Shown: in pieces, positions 20,213-22,001 of the stretch
Layout: every line of letters begins with the position of its first letter
Numbering within the stretch: position 1 is the stretch's first letter
Assembly: GCF_000485595.1 (NCBI RefSeq)
Contig: NW_014577072.1
Location: 418,860-440,860, forward strand
Direction: 5' to 3'
Source: Priapulus caudatus
Lineage: Eukaryota
Length of the DNA: 22,001 bases
Translations under genes and position numbers: made by a program
Notes under the pieces: model-generated
Databases searched by the model: none
Told to the model about the DNA's origin: nothing
The model's input: the letters and a program-made list of their open reading frames with translations, nothing else

Positions 20213-21449
20213 ATGCTGGTAACGTTCCTGCAGTAACTTTGTACTGCTGTGATAAGTGACACGTTTGGTGCTGAAAGAATCCTATGAATTGCATGTTTAA
20301 TTTATAGATCATAACGTCTCTCTATGCACAAGCTGAAAAATTTCATGAAATATTCTGCATCTAGTTATATGACTTCGGAAATTTTAAATTTTTATGTAAA
20401 AATGTCATTTTCGACATTTTTCAATTACTACAAACAGTGGGGTAGCAAAACCTTTGCTACAATTTACACATCGTATGCACCAAAAAGTGTGTTGGGATTT
20501 TTTTTAAGATTCACATTCACGTTAAACATGATAAAAACTAAAGTTGTAAAAAAACAACTTGTATGTTGTGACTAAAAACTTAAGCAAATACAGTACCATA
20601 AGTGATAAAAGACAACACGTAATATCAAACCCTACTGCGCTTTTACAGTAATGTGTTACCATTAAAAAAGGTCTAAATTTAAATTATACCAAGGTGATAT
20701 TATGACGGAGAAATTGTGACCGAAATAGCAAAGGAGAAATCAGCATTCTTCTGATTTTCACAATGATCGAATGGCTGTGTGCAAAATGGGTGAATATATG
20801 TGAAATATTTACTGTTAGTTCTTATTCATGAGCTCGTCTATGTTGCAAAATTCACTACAAGTACAACTCATTTGTATTGCTACTTTCATAACATTTCTTC
20901 GCAAAACCTAAACGAGAGTACTAGTCTCACGAAAGTAGCGCCACAGTGATGTTTACACATCTGGGACACAGCTGAGCGATCGTTAACATTGTTTTCTATG
21001 ATAAAACAAGTTATAATTCATTATATGTTTGTTCAGTACAGAATTGTGAAATTTGTTTAAATCACATGTTATCCACATTACTTATGCAATCAGGAAACAA
21101 ATATAGTGTTTTCTTTCCAGGAACTATTTGCGCTAGCGTACCCCTTTCGCTCAACATAATTTATGCACCGGATAACTCTGTTGGACGTTGTATCAAAATC
21201 CTCTAGTTCGGAGCACATTTCTGACTCAATAAGAACATTTTGTAATATTTGCATACTGCAAGTATGCTCACAGTAGGTGTATGTAGGCTGTTGGTTTATC
21301 CACTTTAAAGAAAAGTAAACTATTTGATTTTTTTTACAAAAGATTTTATTAAGGTGGTTAGTTACAGATGCCTACAGATGCCACACTTGCAGACTTTCTT
21401 TCTGCTCCTGCACGGCATGAAAAAGCTTGACCGTATACTTAATAATTAC

Positions 21450-21540
21450 CTCTTGAATCTGCTTGTCAAGACCTCCAATGTCACTGTATTGCTCAGTTGG
21501 TCTTTCGTCCACCTCCATTGCTTTCACACGTGAGTCAAAT
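21450..21540 (-). CDS. PSMC3: PSMC3/Rpt5 exon (91 nt)
   Basis: (E)[30 protein letters not shown]; cag/gtaatt. Confidence 0.97.
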
Positions 21541-21863
21541 CTGCACCAAGGATGAATGAAAATATTTAACTGGAGCTTTTCCACAAGACATAAATGCTCT
21601 GAACTTTTAATAACAAATTTATCCTGATATCATCAAATTTGAACAAAAGAATTAAATAACTCCAAAAATCTACAACAAACAGACATTGTTTCTAAACTTG
21701 GCTAAAATCTCATTTAGTTTAGTTGAAAACCAATGAGTTATATAAATTACACAGTCGATGAAACATCTGTAGCATGTCATAAATGCTATTTGGTAAAGAA
21801 AATGACAAGAACAGGTGTCAAAAAATGTTGTTAAAATAACAATTAAAATCAGAGTGTACTTAC

Positions 21864-21910
21864 TCTGCTGGTAGCTTTTCCAGAATCAGATATGAATCTT
21901 TGTTCACACC
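21864..21910 (-). CDS. PSMC3: PSMC3/Rpt5 exon (47 nt); upstream exons lie beyond the window
   Basis: GVNKDSYLILEKLPA(E); cag/gtaagt; phase matches the next exon. Confidence 0.93.
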
Positions 21911-22001
21911 CTGTATAATTAGAAGAGTAACCAAATTTAATTGAAAAATATATTTTGTAAATATAAAGTAATTGCATTCTTTAAGTCAATTACTGCAAAC
22001 A

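Overview
This is eukaryotic (invertebrate metazoan-like) genomic DNA with GC-rich exons and AT-rich introns, and it holds three genes. (1) The 3' two-thirds of nucleoprotein TPR/Megator on the + strand, ending at 11457. Much of 1-5740 is indel-riddled (raw long-read-like), lies out of exon order and duplicates 9198-10573, so this part is probably misassembled. (2) The last eight coding exons of the 26S proteasome ATPase PSMC3/Rpt5 on the - strand (13314-21910), tail-to-tail with TPR; all exon phases close. (3) A complete three-exon gene nested antisense in the 5.3-kb PSMC3 intron, encoding a 514-aa secreted, modular Gly/Tyr/Arg-rich repeat protein I cannot assign to a family. Non-coding structure includes a 27-bp minisatellite in which every unit copies the TPR splice donor in frame, a ~225-bp inverted repeat pair bracketing two PSMC3 exons, a hAT transposase relic, and TA- and TTAA-type MITEs. 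Homology statements rest on recalled human TPR/PSMC3 sequences, not on a database search.
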